A stretch of 64,000 bases of DNA from Eubacteriales bacterium. Its GTDB lineage: Bacteria; Bacillota; Clostridia; Oscillospirales; CAG-272. Positions 29,640-38,654 of the stretch are shown here, in pieces. The notes below the pieces were generated by a model. It did no database searches and was not told the DNA's origin. It worked only from the letters and a program-made list of their open reading frames with translations. The stretch covers positions 12,495 through 76,494 of the forward strand of contig JBGVEW010000048.1 in assembly GCA_045120465.1 (NCBI GenBank), given 5' to 3'. Both the position numbers and the translations under genes were made by a program. Numbering within the stretch: the first letter of the stretch is position 1; the number at the start of each line of letters is the position of its first letter.

Positions 29640-29931
29640 GATCGTTTTTTACATCCTTGTCATGGCGGTTGCAACCTATCTTGTCCGTATGCTTCCCATG
29701 ACGCTGTTTCGCAAGCGAATCAAATCACGCTTCGCGCGCAGCTTTTTCTGCTATATTCCATATGCGGTACTTGCCGCAATGACGTTTCCGGCAATTTTTG
29801 ATTCCACCAACGGATGGATCAGTGCCTTGGCAGGGCTCCTCGTGGCGGTGATCTTGGCTTTGATGAACCAATCCCTGATCGTCGTCTCTATTGCCGCATG
29901 TCTTGCCGCCTTTTTGGTCGGTTTACTTTGA
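29629..29931 (+). CDS. azlD: AzlD family small membrane protein
   Basis: 100 aa, 3-4 TM segments. Overlaps the azlC end by 11 nt. Typical azlCD pair. Confidence 0.75.
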   Translation: MRIEIVFYILVMAVATYLVRMLPMTLFRKRIKSRFARSFFCYIPYAVLAAMTFPAIFDSTNGWISALAGLLVAVILALMNQSLIVVSIAACLAAFLVGLL

Positions 29932-30130
29932 TCATTCTCCAAAAGCGAGCTGTCTCAAACCGAAATTTGAGATAGCTCGTTTGTTGTGGAGAGAACTGAC
30001 GAGCTCCGTCAGCTTGACAAACGTTTTGTTATCGTAATGATAAGGAAGCAATAAAAGTCAACCTTGGCTTGTTCTAAAATGCCCTCCCGTCTCATATCCT
30101 GTAACAACGCGATATATGGGAGGTTTTGTG

Positions 30131-31609
30131 ATGCCTGAGCATTCAATTTATAAGGACATAGCAGAGCGTACGGGAGGCGACATTTACGTGGGTGTCGTAG
30201 GACCTGTACGGAGTGGAAAGTCCACCTTTATCAAACGATTTATGGAAGCAGTCGTGCTTCCCAACATCGGGGAGGGGTATTCCCGAGAGAGAGCCCGTGA
30301 CGAGCTTCCGCAATCGGCAGCGGGCAAGACCGTGATGACCACCGAACCCAAATTTATCCCCGAGGACGCCGTTCCCGTGGTGCTGGATCACAACGCGCAG
30401 ATGCGTGTGCGAATGATCGATTGCGTAGGATATCTCATTCCAGAGGCGATGGGCGCGATTGAGAACGGGCAAGCTCGTATGGTGCGCACCCCTTGGCGCG
30501 AATCTCCCATGCCATTTGTCGAGGCGGCGGAGATGGGAACGCATAAGGTGATTACCGAGCATTCCACCATCGGAATGTTGGTGACGACCGACGGTTCGAT
30601 CGGTGATATCCCGCGCGATGCCTATATCGAGGCAGAGGAGAGGATTGTAAAGGAACTGAAAGGTCTTGGAAAGCCATTTGCCGTCATTCTCAACTCCGCG
30701 CGCCCCGAAAGTGAAAACAGCCGTACTTTGGCATATGAACTGGAAGAAAAATACGGTGTTCCGGTTGCACTTGTCAGTTGTCTGGATCTTGATGCGGAGG
30801 ATATCCGTCACATTTTGGGGCTTGTTTTGGAGGAATTTCCCATCACCGAGATCAAGCTTCGTATGCCCGAGTGGATGAACGCCCTTGACGAAAGTCACCG
30901 TATTCGGTCTTCCATCCGCGCAAGTCTTTGCAAGTGTGCCGACGGTGTACACCGAGCCGGCGACGTCAAGAGCGCATTTGAGGGGATGTGCGAGAACGAG
31001 TATATTGAAAATGCAACGATCGACCTTTTGGATCTTGGAACGGGGCGCGCGGAGATCCGACTTTCGATGAAGGAGGGGCTTTACTATGAGGTGATCAGTG
31101 AGCTGACGGGCTTTAGTGTTACGGGCGAGCGTGAATTGATTGCACTGATGCGTGAATTGGCGGATATGAAGGTCAAATACGATAAAGTGGCAGAGGCACT
31201 TTCCGAGGTCAACGAAAAAGGCTACGGCATCGTGATGCCCGACGTAGAGGACCTGCACTTGGAAGAGCCGCAGATCGTTAAGCAAGCGGGGGGCTACGGG
31301 GTCAAGCTTCGCGCAGGGGCGCAATCCGTTCACATGATCCGTGCCAATATCGAAGCCGAAATCAATCCCATGGTCGGAACCGAACAGCAATCCGAGGATC
31401 TGGTGCGCTATTTGTTAAAGGAATTTGAGGAAGATCCCAAAAGCATCTGGCAATCCAATATGTTTGGCAAATCGCTTTATGAGCTGATCAACGAAGGGCT
31501 TCATACCAAGCTTGATCATATGCCCGAGGAATCCCGCAAAAAGCTCTCCGAAACGCTGGAACGCATCATCAATGAGGGAAGCAATGGGTTGATCTGTATC
31601 TTGCTTTGA
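30131..31609 (+). CDS. spoIVA: Stage IV sporulation protein A
   Basis: IYKDIAERTGGDIYVGVVGPVRSGKSTFIKRFME and the conserved C-terminus ...NGLICILL are unmistakable SpoIVA features. Confidence 0.95.
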   Translation: MPEHSIYKDIAERTGGDIYVGVVGPVRSGKSTFIKRFMEAVVLPNIGEGYSRERARDELPQSAAGKTVMTTEPKFIPEDAVPVVLDHNAQMRVRMIDCVGYLIPEAMGAIENGQARMVRTPWRESPMPFVEAAEMGTHKVITEHSTIGMLVTTDGSIGDIPRDAYIEAEERIVKELKGLGKPFAVILNSARPESENSRTLAYELEEKYGVPVALVSCLDLDAEDIRHILGLVLEEFPITEIKLRMPEWMNALDESHRIRSSIRASLCKCADGVHRAGDVKSAFEGMCENEYIENATIDLLDLGTGRAEIRLSMKEGLYYEVISELTGFSVTGERELIALMRELADMKVKYDKVAEALSEVNEKGYGIVMPDVEDLHLEEPQIVKQAGGYGVKLRAGAQSVHMIRANIEAEINPMVGTEQQSEDLVRYLLKEFEEDPKSIWQSNMFGKSLYELINEGLHTKLDHMPEESRKKLSETLERIINEGSNGLICILL

Positions 31610-31740
31610 ACGGTATATCAAAACAACGCTTTGACCGTGAACAGCGGTTTGAGCGTTGTTTCTTTTTTGTGATTGACAGAGTCGTAAAAATGTGATATAA
31701 TGTAGATATCTTAAATATATGATGCAGGAGATGACGAACG

Positions 31741-33081
31741 ATGAAAACCGGATTTTCAAGAATTTGTATCAATCCTCCCCTTGGTGTCCCGATGGTCGGT
31801 TATTATGAGCAACGTCCCACAAAAGGAATTCACGACGATATTTTTGCGAGTGCCGTTGCGTTTGACGATGGTAGCAATCAAGCTGTTATCATTTCGGTAG
31901 AGCTTTGCCTTTTGTCCTCCGAGCAGTGCAATTTTTTCAGAGAACAGATTGCCTTGAACGCCGGAATTCAAAAAGAAGGCGTATTCATCAACTGTACGCA
32001 CACGCATACGGGACCTACGATCGGTGACGATAAGATTTCCGGTCTGGACGGAAGCCGCGAGTATGACGAGCATTTTTTGCATTGCATTTGCAAGGTCGCA
32101 AAGGATGCGTTTGCGGATCTGTGCGAATCCGAATTTTCCTACGCAGAGGGGAGAGCCGAGCGAATCGGCTTTAACCGTCGATATCGCATGAAGGACGGAA
32201 GCGTCCGAACCAACCCCGGTGTTGACAATCCCGATATTCTGGAGGTGCTCGGCACTCCCAACGAAACGGTTAAGATGATCCGAATCGACCGTCATGACGG
32301 AACGGGGTACGTTTTGGTCAACTACGGTTTACATGCCGATTGTGTCGGCGGCGATTTCATCAGCGGTGACTGGCCGGGCGTTGTGCGCAACACCGTCGAA
32401 AAGGTGCTCGATAACACCAAATGCATCTTTCTTTTGGGTTCGCAGGGAGACGTCAATCATATCAACGTGTCTCCCACGGTGGGAGAAAGAAGAGGGCTCG
32501 ATTACGAGAGCTTTGACGGTGTACCGCGAGGCTATGCGTATGCTCAGCACGTGGGCAGAAAGGTTGCGGGCGAGGTGATCGGCATGTACGGAACGGCAGA
32601 GCCTTTTGCGGCAAACACGCTGTCATTTGATTCCAAAAAGATCTCTATCCCATCCAACCGGGAAAACGATAAGCTGGAGGAAGCTACCAAAATCAAGGAG
32701 CTTTACGAGGCGGGAAGAGCGCATGAGCTTCCGTACAAGGATATGGAATTGACCACTGTGGTTGCCGAGGCAGTGCGAATTTGCGAGCTGCAAAACGGTC
32801 CTGACAGCTTTGACTTTACGCTCAGCGCACTGAAGCTGGGTGAGCTTGTATTTGCGGGGCTTCCAGGTGAATGCTTTGCGGAGATTGGCAGAAGAATTGA
32901 AGGCGGATATCACGGCAAGCATATCGTGGTTTGCTGCCTGACCAACGGCGGTGACAGCTATTTCCCAACCTCATCGGCTTATAGCGAGGGCGGATACGAG
33001 GCAAGAACCTCGCGCCTCAAAAAGGGCGGAGATAACATCATCGTTGACAATATGCTGGAGCTGACAGAATCCATGAAATAA
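31741..33081 (+). CDS. Neutral/alkaline ceramidase-like hydrolase family protein (function uncertain)
   Basis: 446 aa. INPPLGVPMVGYYEQRPTKGIHDDIFASAV...NCTHTHTGP resembles the N-terminal domain of bacterial ceramidase-like proteins. Pattern-level call only. Confidence 0.45.
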   Translation: MKTGFSRICINPPLGVPMVGYYEQRPTKGIHDDIFASAVAFDDGSNQAVIISVELCLLSSEQCNFFREQIALNAGIQKEGVFINCTHTHTGPTIGDDKISGLDGSREYDEHFLHCICKVAKDAFADLCESEFSYAEGRAERIGFNRRYRMKDGSVRTNPGVDNPDILEVLGTPNETVKMIRIDRHDGTGYVLVNYGLHADCVGGDFISGDWPGVVRNTVEKVLDNTKCIFLLGSQGDVNHINVSPTVGERRGLDYESFDGVPRGYAYAQHVGRKVAGEVIGMYGTAEPFAANTLSFDSKKISIPSNRENDKLEEATKIKELYEAGRAHELPYKDMELTTVVAEAVRICELQNGPDSFDFTLSALKLGELVFAGLPGECFAEIGRRIEGGYHGKHIVVCCLTNGGDSYFPTSSAYSEGGYEARTSRLKKGGDNIIVDNMLELTESMK

Positions 33082-33202
33082 TCCCACAACAACAGTCTGT
33101 TGCGCAAATGCGCGGCAGACTGTTTTACGTTATAAATGAAGCATCAAACGCTTCGTTGGAGTTCCAAACGGTTGAATTTTTTATGTTTTTTTGCAATATC
33201 GG

Positions 33203-33231
33203 TTGACGGATTCTCTTTTTTGCGGTATAAT
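33203..33231 (+). promoter_or_regulatory. Putative sigma-A promoter of the DUF5662-like/ASCH pair
   Basis: TTGACG, 17 nt, TATAAT. It lies inside the longer tracked ORF 33136.., which supports the ATG 33265 start. Confidence 0.55.
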
Positions 33232-33264
33232 GAATACGAAAAAATACCGGAAAGGAAAGAGCAC

Positions 33265-33822
33265 ATGATACACCCGTTTTTGCACCTTGGCACCATTTTG
33301 CGGCACAGACACAAGGTGATTTCGCATTGCTTCCGGGTTGGAATCGGTTGGCAAGGGCTTCGTCACGATCTTTCCAAATTTTCTCCCACCGAGTTTTGGG
33401 CGGGAGTCAAGTATTATCAAGGAACCAGAAGTCCCAACGAGCGCGAGCGCGAACTGTTTGGCTACTCGGCGGCATGGTTGCATCACAAGGGGCGCAACCG
33501 TCACCACTTTGAGTATTGGAACGATCTCAATCCCGCTACCAAAATGTATGAACCCGTTAAAATGCCGCTTCGATACGTCAAGGAAATGTTCTGTGACCGT
33601 ATCGCGGCAAGCAAGATTTACCAAAAGCAGAATTATACCGATCAGCATCCCTTGCAATATTTTACAAGAGGAAACGCGCGCAAAAAAATGCACGCCGACA
33701 CGGCGGATCTCTTGGAGGATTGGCTGACACGGCTTTCCCGCGACGGTGAGAGCGCAACGTTTGCGCATATTAAACGAATTCCGAACGATTCGGACTACGG
33801 AGGAACCAAACAAAATCAATGA
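33265..33822 (+). CDS. His-rich hypothetical protein (DUF5662-like; such proteins are often mis-annotated as catalase)
   Basis: 185 aa from ATG 33265 after RBS GGAAAGGAAAG. Conserved-looking motifs HRHKVISHC, LRHDLSKF and WLHHKGRNRHHFEYW suggest a metal site. Confidence 0.5.
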   Translation: MIHPFLHLGTILRHRHKVISHCFRVGIGWQGLRHDLSKFSPTEFWAGVKYYQGTRSPNERERELFGYSAAWLHHKGRNRHHFEYWNDLNPATKMYEPVKMPLRYVKEMFCDRIAASKIYQKQNYTDQHPLQYFTRGNARKKMHADTADLLEDWLTRLSRDGESATFAHIKRIPNDSDYGGTKQNQ

Positions 33823-34166
33823 CGTATATCATGCAACTGCATCAAGACCCCTTTGAAAAGGTCAAAAATGGCACAAAAACCATCGAATTGCGACTGAATG
33901 ACGAAAAACGCCGAAGAATCCGCATTGGAGATTGCATCACGTTTCTCAACCGCGCGGATTCTGCCGAGAGCCTGACGGCGCGCGTGATCGCACTGTATCC
34001 CTTTGAGTCCTTTGAGGAGCTTTACCGCACGCTTCCGCTGGATCGTTGCGGATATACTGCGGAGAATATGAAGGATGCGGTTGCCTCTGATATGGACGTA
34101 TATTATACGCGCGAGGAGCAGGAGCGCTATGGTGCCGTCGGTATTGAGATCGAAGTTTTGAAATAA
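33819..34166 (+). CDS. ASCH domain protein
   Basis: 115 aa. PFEKVKNGTKTIELRLNDEKRRRIRIGDCITF is the classic ASCH (PUA-like) N-terminus. ATGA overlap with the upstream gene. Confidence 0.75.
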   Translation: MTYIMQLHQDPFEKVKNGTKTIELRLNDEKRRRIRIGDCITFLNRADSAESLTARVIALYPFESFEELYRTLPLDRCGYTAENMKDAVASDMDVYYTREEQERYGAVGIEIEVLK

Positions 34167-34222
34167 CCGTTTTTACACAAAAAGCTGTCTTCGGAGGTTT
34201 TCCGAAAACAGCTTTTTTTGAT

Positions 34223-34645
34223 TCAGGTAATTCGCTCGATCCGCTCGTTGCAGCGGGGGCAGGTGACTATGATACTGCCTTTGCCCTTAGGAACGCGTAA
34301 AACGGCACGGCATTTTTTACATTTGAAATAGCAGTGCGTATCCTTGTCGCGCTTTTTGTTTTTGTGGAGCTGCCATGCGTTTTTGGGTTTGTTTTTGATG
34401 CGCAAATAGCGCTCCAATTCGCGTTTGCGTTTGGGGAGATTTTTCGACAAGGTACGAAAGACCGAAAAAAAGATTGCCGCATAGGACAAAATCGAGAACA
34501 AAAAGAAAAAGGGAATGGGAAGATAGGAAATGAGCAGACAGACGATGGCCGTAAACAGCAACACGTAGGTTAATTCATCGTTTCCGTATCGACCGTACAT
34601 CCAGCCCGCAATTTTATAACCGATTTTTCGAAACCATTGCTTCAT
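34223..34645 (-). CDS. Membrane protein with C-terminal zinc ribbon
   Basis: ATG 34645 follows RBS AAGGAG. Two TM segments, then CYFKCKKC...VTCPRCNE (CxxC...CxxC). Confidence 0.6.
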   Translation of the reverse strand: MKQWFRKIGYKIAGWMYGRYGNDELTYVLLFTAIVCLLISYLPIPFFFLFSILSYAAIFFSVFRTLSKNLPKRKRELERYLRIKNKPKNAWQLHKNKKRDKDTHCYFKCKKCRAVLRVPKGKGSIIVTCPRCNERIERIT

Positions 34646-34786
34646 AACACACACTCCTTGTTGATCGTTACAATAGGATACCACAAAAATGTGAACTCAA
34701 CGCAAACTTTTGCGCATTTTGAGTGTAAAAAAACGGGGGCTGTTTCCATTTTAAGTTGAAACAGCCCCTTGACGTTGATCAGTACG

Positions 34787-37192
34787 TCAATTTCTCAATT
34801 CCAGACCCATCTTGAATTTGAGATCGTTCAAAATCTTCTTGGTTACCTTGTCCGCTTCTTCTACAGTCAAAGTGCGGTCGGATGCGCGCAGGGTTACACG
34901 CAGGGAAACCGACTTTTTGCCCTCGCCAAGCTGAGGACCGCGGTAGATATCAAAGAGCGCGACGTTTTCCACCAATTTACCGCCTGCCTTTGCCATCACG
35001 CCCTCAATCGCGCCAACTTCCATCTCCTCGTCACAAACGAAGGAGAAGTCACGGGTGGTTGCGGGGTACTTGGGGAGGGGCTTGTAGGACTTTTTGGTGT
35101 TTGCGGAATCGTAAATGGTATCAAATTCCAATTCAGCCACGTAAACAGGTATGCTCATGCCGTAGTTTTCTGCCATCAGAGGATGTGCTTGACCGAAAAT
35201 ACCGAGCAGCGTTCCGTTTTCCGAAAGGATCTTTGCGCATCTGCCGGGATGATAGGAATCATTATCGGCGCAAGCGGCATAGGTTGCACCCTTGATTCCC
35301 GCCAGCTTGAGAAGATTCTCGCAAATTCCCTTGATCGCATAAAAATCGATGTTGCCGTATGCGCCAAGCGTCAAAATCTGCTTTTCGTTGGGGAGCTCGG
35401 AAGCATCCTCACGGGGAAGATAGACCTTGCCAATCTCAAACAGACGGACGTTGTCATTGTTGAAATTGTTGTTTCGCGCCAGTGTTTCCATCATGGAGGG
35501 GAGTGCCGTGGTACGCATAACACTGGTATCCTCGCCCAAAGGATTGGAAATGACAACCGAGCGACGAAGTTCGCAATCTGCGGGCATACGAATCTTATCG
35601 TAATATTTGGGGCTGATAAAGGAGAAGGTGTGGATTTGGGAAAGTCCCATGCCAACCAAAGCGTTTTCGGTGTTGACTTCAAACGTCTGTTTGTCGGTTC
35701 TGCCACCGAGTGTCGTTTCAGCGTTCATATAGGATTCCTCAATCTTATCGTAACCGTAAATACGGCATACCTCTTCCGCAATATCGTTCATGCACCCGAG
35801 ATCTGCACGGAAGGAGGGAACGTAAATCTTTCCGCCCTCAATCTTGCAACCAAGACCGGTGAGGGTGTTGATCATATGCTCGTGAGGGATCTTCATGCCG
35901 AGAAATTCGTTGTAGCGATCAGGCGTAAAGGGAAGAACGGTCTGCTCCGTTTTGGTGGGGTAAACGTCGATGATTCCGTCAACCACGTCACCGGCTCCCA
36001 GCAATTCAACCAGCTCGCACGCTCTCTGCAAGCCTGCCATGCAGTTTTCGGGATCCAGCCCCTTTTCAAAGCGAGAAGAGGATTCGGTACGCATGCCGTT
36101 TTTCTTTGCGGTTACGCGAACCGAGGCACCGTTGAAGCAAGCGGACTCGAATACGACGGTTGCGGTGGCATCGGTGATTTCGGAATTTGCACCGCCCATA
36201 ACGCCTGCCAGCGCGCAGGCTTTTTTGCTGTCTGCGATAACCAGCATCGAATCGTCAAGAATATGATCGGCATCGTCCAAGGACTTAAACGCCTCGACCT
36301 TTGCGGCGCGACGCACGTCGATCTCGGCACCGTCAAGGCAGGTGTAATCAAATGCGTGCATCGGCTGACCGTACTCCAACATGACGTAGTTGGTAATATC
36401 TACGATATTGTTGATGGGGCGAACACCGGATGCGCGCAGACGCATCCGCATCCACAGGGGAGAGGGCGCAATTTTTACGTTTTTTACAACTCTTGCGGCA
36501 TAACGGTAGCACAAATCGGGTGCGGAAATACCAACGCGGAGGTAGTTATTGACGGTGTCTCCGTCTCCACAGCCCTTGACGGTGGGTTCTTTAACGGTCA
36601 GGGGTTTGTCAAAAGAGACCGCGGTTTCGCGTGCAAGACCGATGACCGAGAGACAGTCGGGGCGGTTGGAGGTGATTTCAAACTCAACCGAGGTATCGCG
36701 GAGCATCAGTACGTCACGGATATCGTCACCAAGGCGGTCGGCACAATCCTCATCCAAAATCAGAATTCCGTTTTCTTCCTTACCGGGGCACTCGTGGGTG
36801 GTCAATTCCAGCTCTGCCATGGAGCAGAGCATACCGTTGGATTCGACTCCGCGCAGCTTTCCTGCCTTGATAACGACGTCATGAGGCAATTTTGCAACGG
36901 GGAGTGCTGCGGGAACCAGTGCGCCGACAAATACGTTTTGAGCACCGGTAACGATCTGAACGTCGTGTCCGTGTTTTTCACCTGCATCCAAACGGCAGAC
37001 CCAAAGGTGGTCGGAATCGGGATGCTTTTCCATGTGCGTGACCTTTGCCACGACCACGTTTTCAATATTTTCGCCAAGAACCTCAAAGCCCTCTACCTTG
37101 GAGCCGGTTATGGTCAGGCGATCGCAATAAGTTTTGTTATCGATCTCCGAAACGTCAACGTAATCGGAGAGCCAGTTTCTCGAAAGATTCAT
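34787..37192 (-). CDS. pheT: Phenylalanine--tRNA ligase beta subunit
   Basis: 801 aa starting MNLSRNWLSDYVDV. Has the tRNA-binding, B3/4, B5 and FDX-ACB domain order. RBS GGAGG. Confidence 0.97.
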   Translation of the reverse strand: MNLSRNWLSDYVDVSEIDNKTYCDRLTITGSKVEGFEVLGENIENVVVAKVTHMEKHPDSDHLWVCRLDAGEKHGHDVQIVTGAQNVFVGALVPAALPVAKLPHDVVIKAGKLRGVESNGMLCSMAELELTTHECPGKEENGILILDEDCADRLGDDIRDVLMLRDTSVEFEITSNRPDCLSVIGLARETAVSFDKPLTVKEPTVKGCGDGDTVNNYLRVGISAPDLCYRYAARVVKNVKIAPSPLWMRMRLRASGVRPINNIVDITNYVMLEYGQPMHAFDYTCLDGAEIDVRRAAKVEAFKSLDDADHILDDSMLVIADSKKACALAGVMGGANSEITDATATVVFESACFNGASVRVTAKKNGMRTESSSRFEKGLDPENCMAGLQRACELVELLGAGDVVDGIIDVYPTKTEQTVLPFTPDRYNEFLGMKIPHEHMINTLTGLGCKIEGGKIYVPSFRADLGCMNDIAEEVCRIYGYDKIEESYMNAETTLGGRTDKQTFEVNTENALVGMGLSQIHTFSFISPKYYDKIRMPADCELRRSVVISNPLGEDTSVMRTTALPSMMETLARNNNFNNDNVRLFEIGKVYLPREDASELPNEKQILTLGAYGNIDFYAIKGICENLLKLAGIKGATYAACADNDSYHPGRCAKILSENGTLLGIFGQAHPLMAENYGMSIPVYVAELEFDTIYDSANTKKSYKPLPKYPATTRDFSFVCDEEMEVGAIEGVMAKAGGKLVENVALFDIYRGPQLGEGKKSVSLRVTLRASDRTLTVEEADKVTKKILNDLKFKMGLELRN

Positions 37193-37207
37193 GGATTGTA
37201 CCTCCTA

Positions 37208-38221
37208 TCAGAACTGCTCGAGGAAGCGTTCGTCGTTTTCATAGAAGAGACGAATGTCGTCGATGCCGTAGCGTGCCATGGTAATACGCTCAATGCCGAG
37301 TCCAAAAGCAAATCCGGAGTATTCCTCGGGATCAATGCCGCAGTTGGAAAGCACGAAGGGGTGTACCATACCCGCGCCGAGAATTTCGATCCACCCCTCT
37401 CCTTTGCAAAGGCGGCAACCCTTGCCACCGCAAACGAAGCAGGAGACGTCAACCTCAGCCGAGGGCTCGGTGAACGGGAAGTGGTGAGGACGGAAGCGGA
37501 TCTTGGTTTCCTCTCCAAACATTTTCTTTGCAAAAACGGCAAGCGTGCCCTTCAGGTCTCCCATCGTGATCCCCTTGTCAATGACAAGACCTTCCAGCTG
37601 ATGGAAGAGGGGAGAGTGCGTTGCGTCCAACGCGTCCGAGCGGTAAACGCGACCGGGCGAAATGATACGGATCGGGGGCTTTTGGTGCTCCATAACGCGT
37701 ACCTGAACGGGGGAGGTCTGAGAGCGCAGAAGCGTGTTTTCGGTAATATAGAAGGTATCCTGCGTGTCGCGTGCGGGATGATTTTCGGGAATGTTGAGTG
37801 CTTGGAAGTTGTAGTAATCCTTTTCTACCTCAGGACCTTCCGCAATCGAGAATCCCATACCGATAAAGATATTTTCCAGTTCGCGTTGTGCCTGCGTCAA
37901 GGGATGGAGATGTCCCATGGGGAGGGTTGCGGCAGGCATGGTAACGTCCAGTTTTTCTGCTTTGAGGCGTTCGCCAAGTGCCTTTTCGGCAAGCTCGCGG
38001 GAGCGTTCGGCAATGGCGTTTTCAATCGCCTCGCGGACCTCGTTTGCCATCTGTCCGACAATGGGACGTTCTTCGGGAGAGAGCGCACCCATTCCGCGCA
38101 AAACGGCAGTGAGCTCACCCTTTTTGCCAAGATATTTGACCTTGATCTGTTCAAGGGCTGCATCGGGAGCCATGATCTGCTCCAATGCCTCGGCTTGAAT
38201 CTTTGAAAGCTTTTCTTTCAT
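37208..38221 (-). CDS. pheS: Phenylalanine--tRNA ligase alpha subunit
   Basis: 337 aa from ATG 38221 ([16 protein letters not shown]). Class II motifs [16 protein letters not shown] and GAGMVHP...[11 protein letters not shown]. The tracked extension to 38446 lies over the T-box leader. Confidence 0.97.
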   Translation of the reverse strand: MKEKLSKIQAEALEQIMAPDAALEQIKVKYLGKKGELTAVLRGMGALSPEERPIVGQMANEVREAIENAIAERSRELAEKALGERLKAEKLDVTMPAATLPMGHLHPLTQAQRELENIFIGMGFSIAEGPEVEKDYYNFQALNIPENHPARDTQDTFYITENTLLRSQTSPVQVRVMEHQKPPIRIISPGRVYRSDALDATHSPLFHQLEGLVIDKGITMGDLKGTLAVFAKKMFGEETKIRFRPHHFPFTEPSAEVDVSCFVCGGKGCRLCKGEGWIEILGAGMVHPFVLSNCGIDPEEYSGFAFGLGIERITMARYGIDDIRLFYENDERFLEQF

Positions 38222-38261
38222 GATCTGATCTTCCTTTCTGATGAATAATATGATATGAAGG

Positions 38262-38534
38262 GATTTGGCGGGAAGGCAACAAAAAAAGCGCCGTCCCAAA
38301 ATCAGGACGAGGCGCAAAAGCACTCCGCGGTACCACCCGAAATTTCGGCTCAAAGCCAACACTCTGATAGGCGGATAACGGTGCCACATCCGTATCGGGC
38401 TAAAGACAAAACGTGTTGACCCGATCTGCTCCGAAGGGAAATGCACGGTCCGACGGCACGCGCCGCTCTCAGCTTTGCGGCACTCTCTGTATTTGTCGTG
38501 AATTCGGATCGGCGAGCTTCATCCTCGCATTTAC
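38262..38534 (-). promoter_or_regulatory. T-box riboswitch leader (Phe) controlling pheST
   Basis: Read on the minus strand: stem I elements AGAGAG...GCUGAGAG and a UUC-containing specifier region. The T-box sequence AAAUUUCGGGUGGUACCGCGG lies at 38325-38345. A terminator stem GCGCCUCGUCC/GGACGGCGC plus a U-run lies at 38281-38315, 60 nt before the pheS ATG. Confidence 0.9.
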
Positions 38535-38540
38535 TTAAAC

Positions 38541-38569
38541 AGTATATCACAGATTTCATTTTTTTGCAA
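38541..38569 (-). promoter_or_regulatory. Putative sigma-A promoter of the pheST T-box leader
   Basis: Minus strand TTGCAA, 17 nt, TATACT. Confidence 0.55.
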
Positions 38570-38654
38570 TAGATTTTTTCAAAAAAAAAACAAAAAAAGA
38601 ATCAAAAGAGTACCGCCAAACCAAACGGTTTGGCGGTACTGTGTAACAAATGAA

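Noticed and set aside
30090-30125. Sigma-E-like promoter (TCATATC ... ATATAT) in front of spoIVA
   Set aside because: The putative -10 element sits so close to the RBS and ATG that the transcript would start inside the Shine-Dalgarno sequence. I cannot support it from sequence alone.
30143-31390. 415-aa minus-strand ORF opposite spoIVA
   Set aside because: Shadow frame; spoIVA is unmistakable on the plus strand.
37208-38446. Extended 412-aa version of pheS (and extended versions of ntpK from 862, ntpC from 2226, uxaB from 10199, the DUF5662-like gene from 33136, and the helicase from 60633)
   Set aside because: The extensions overlap an upstream gene, a T-box leader or a predicted promoter, and they lack an RBS. 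Internal ATGs with good Shine-Dalgarno spacing give family-typical N-termini.
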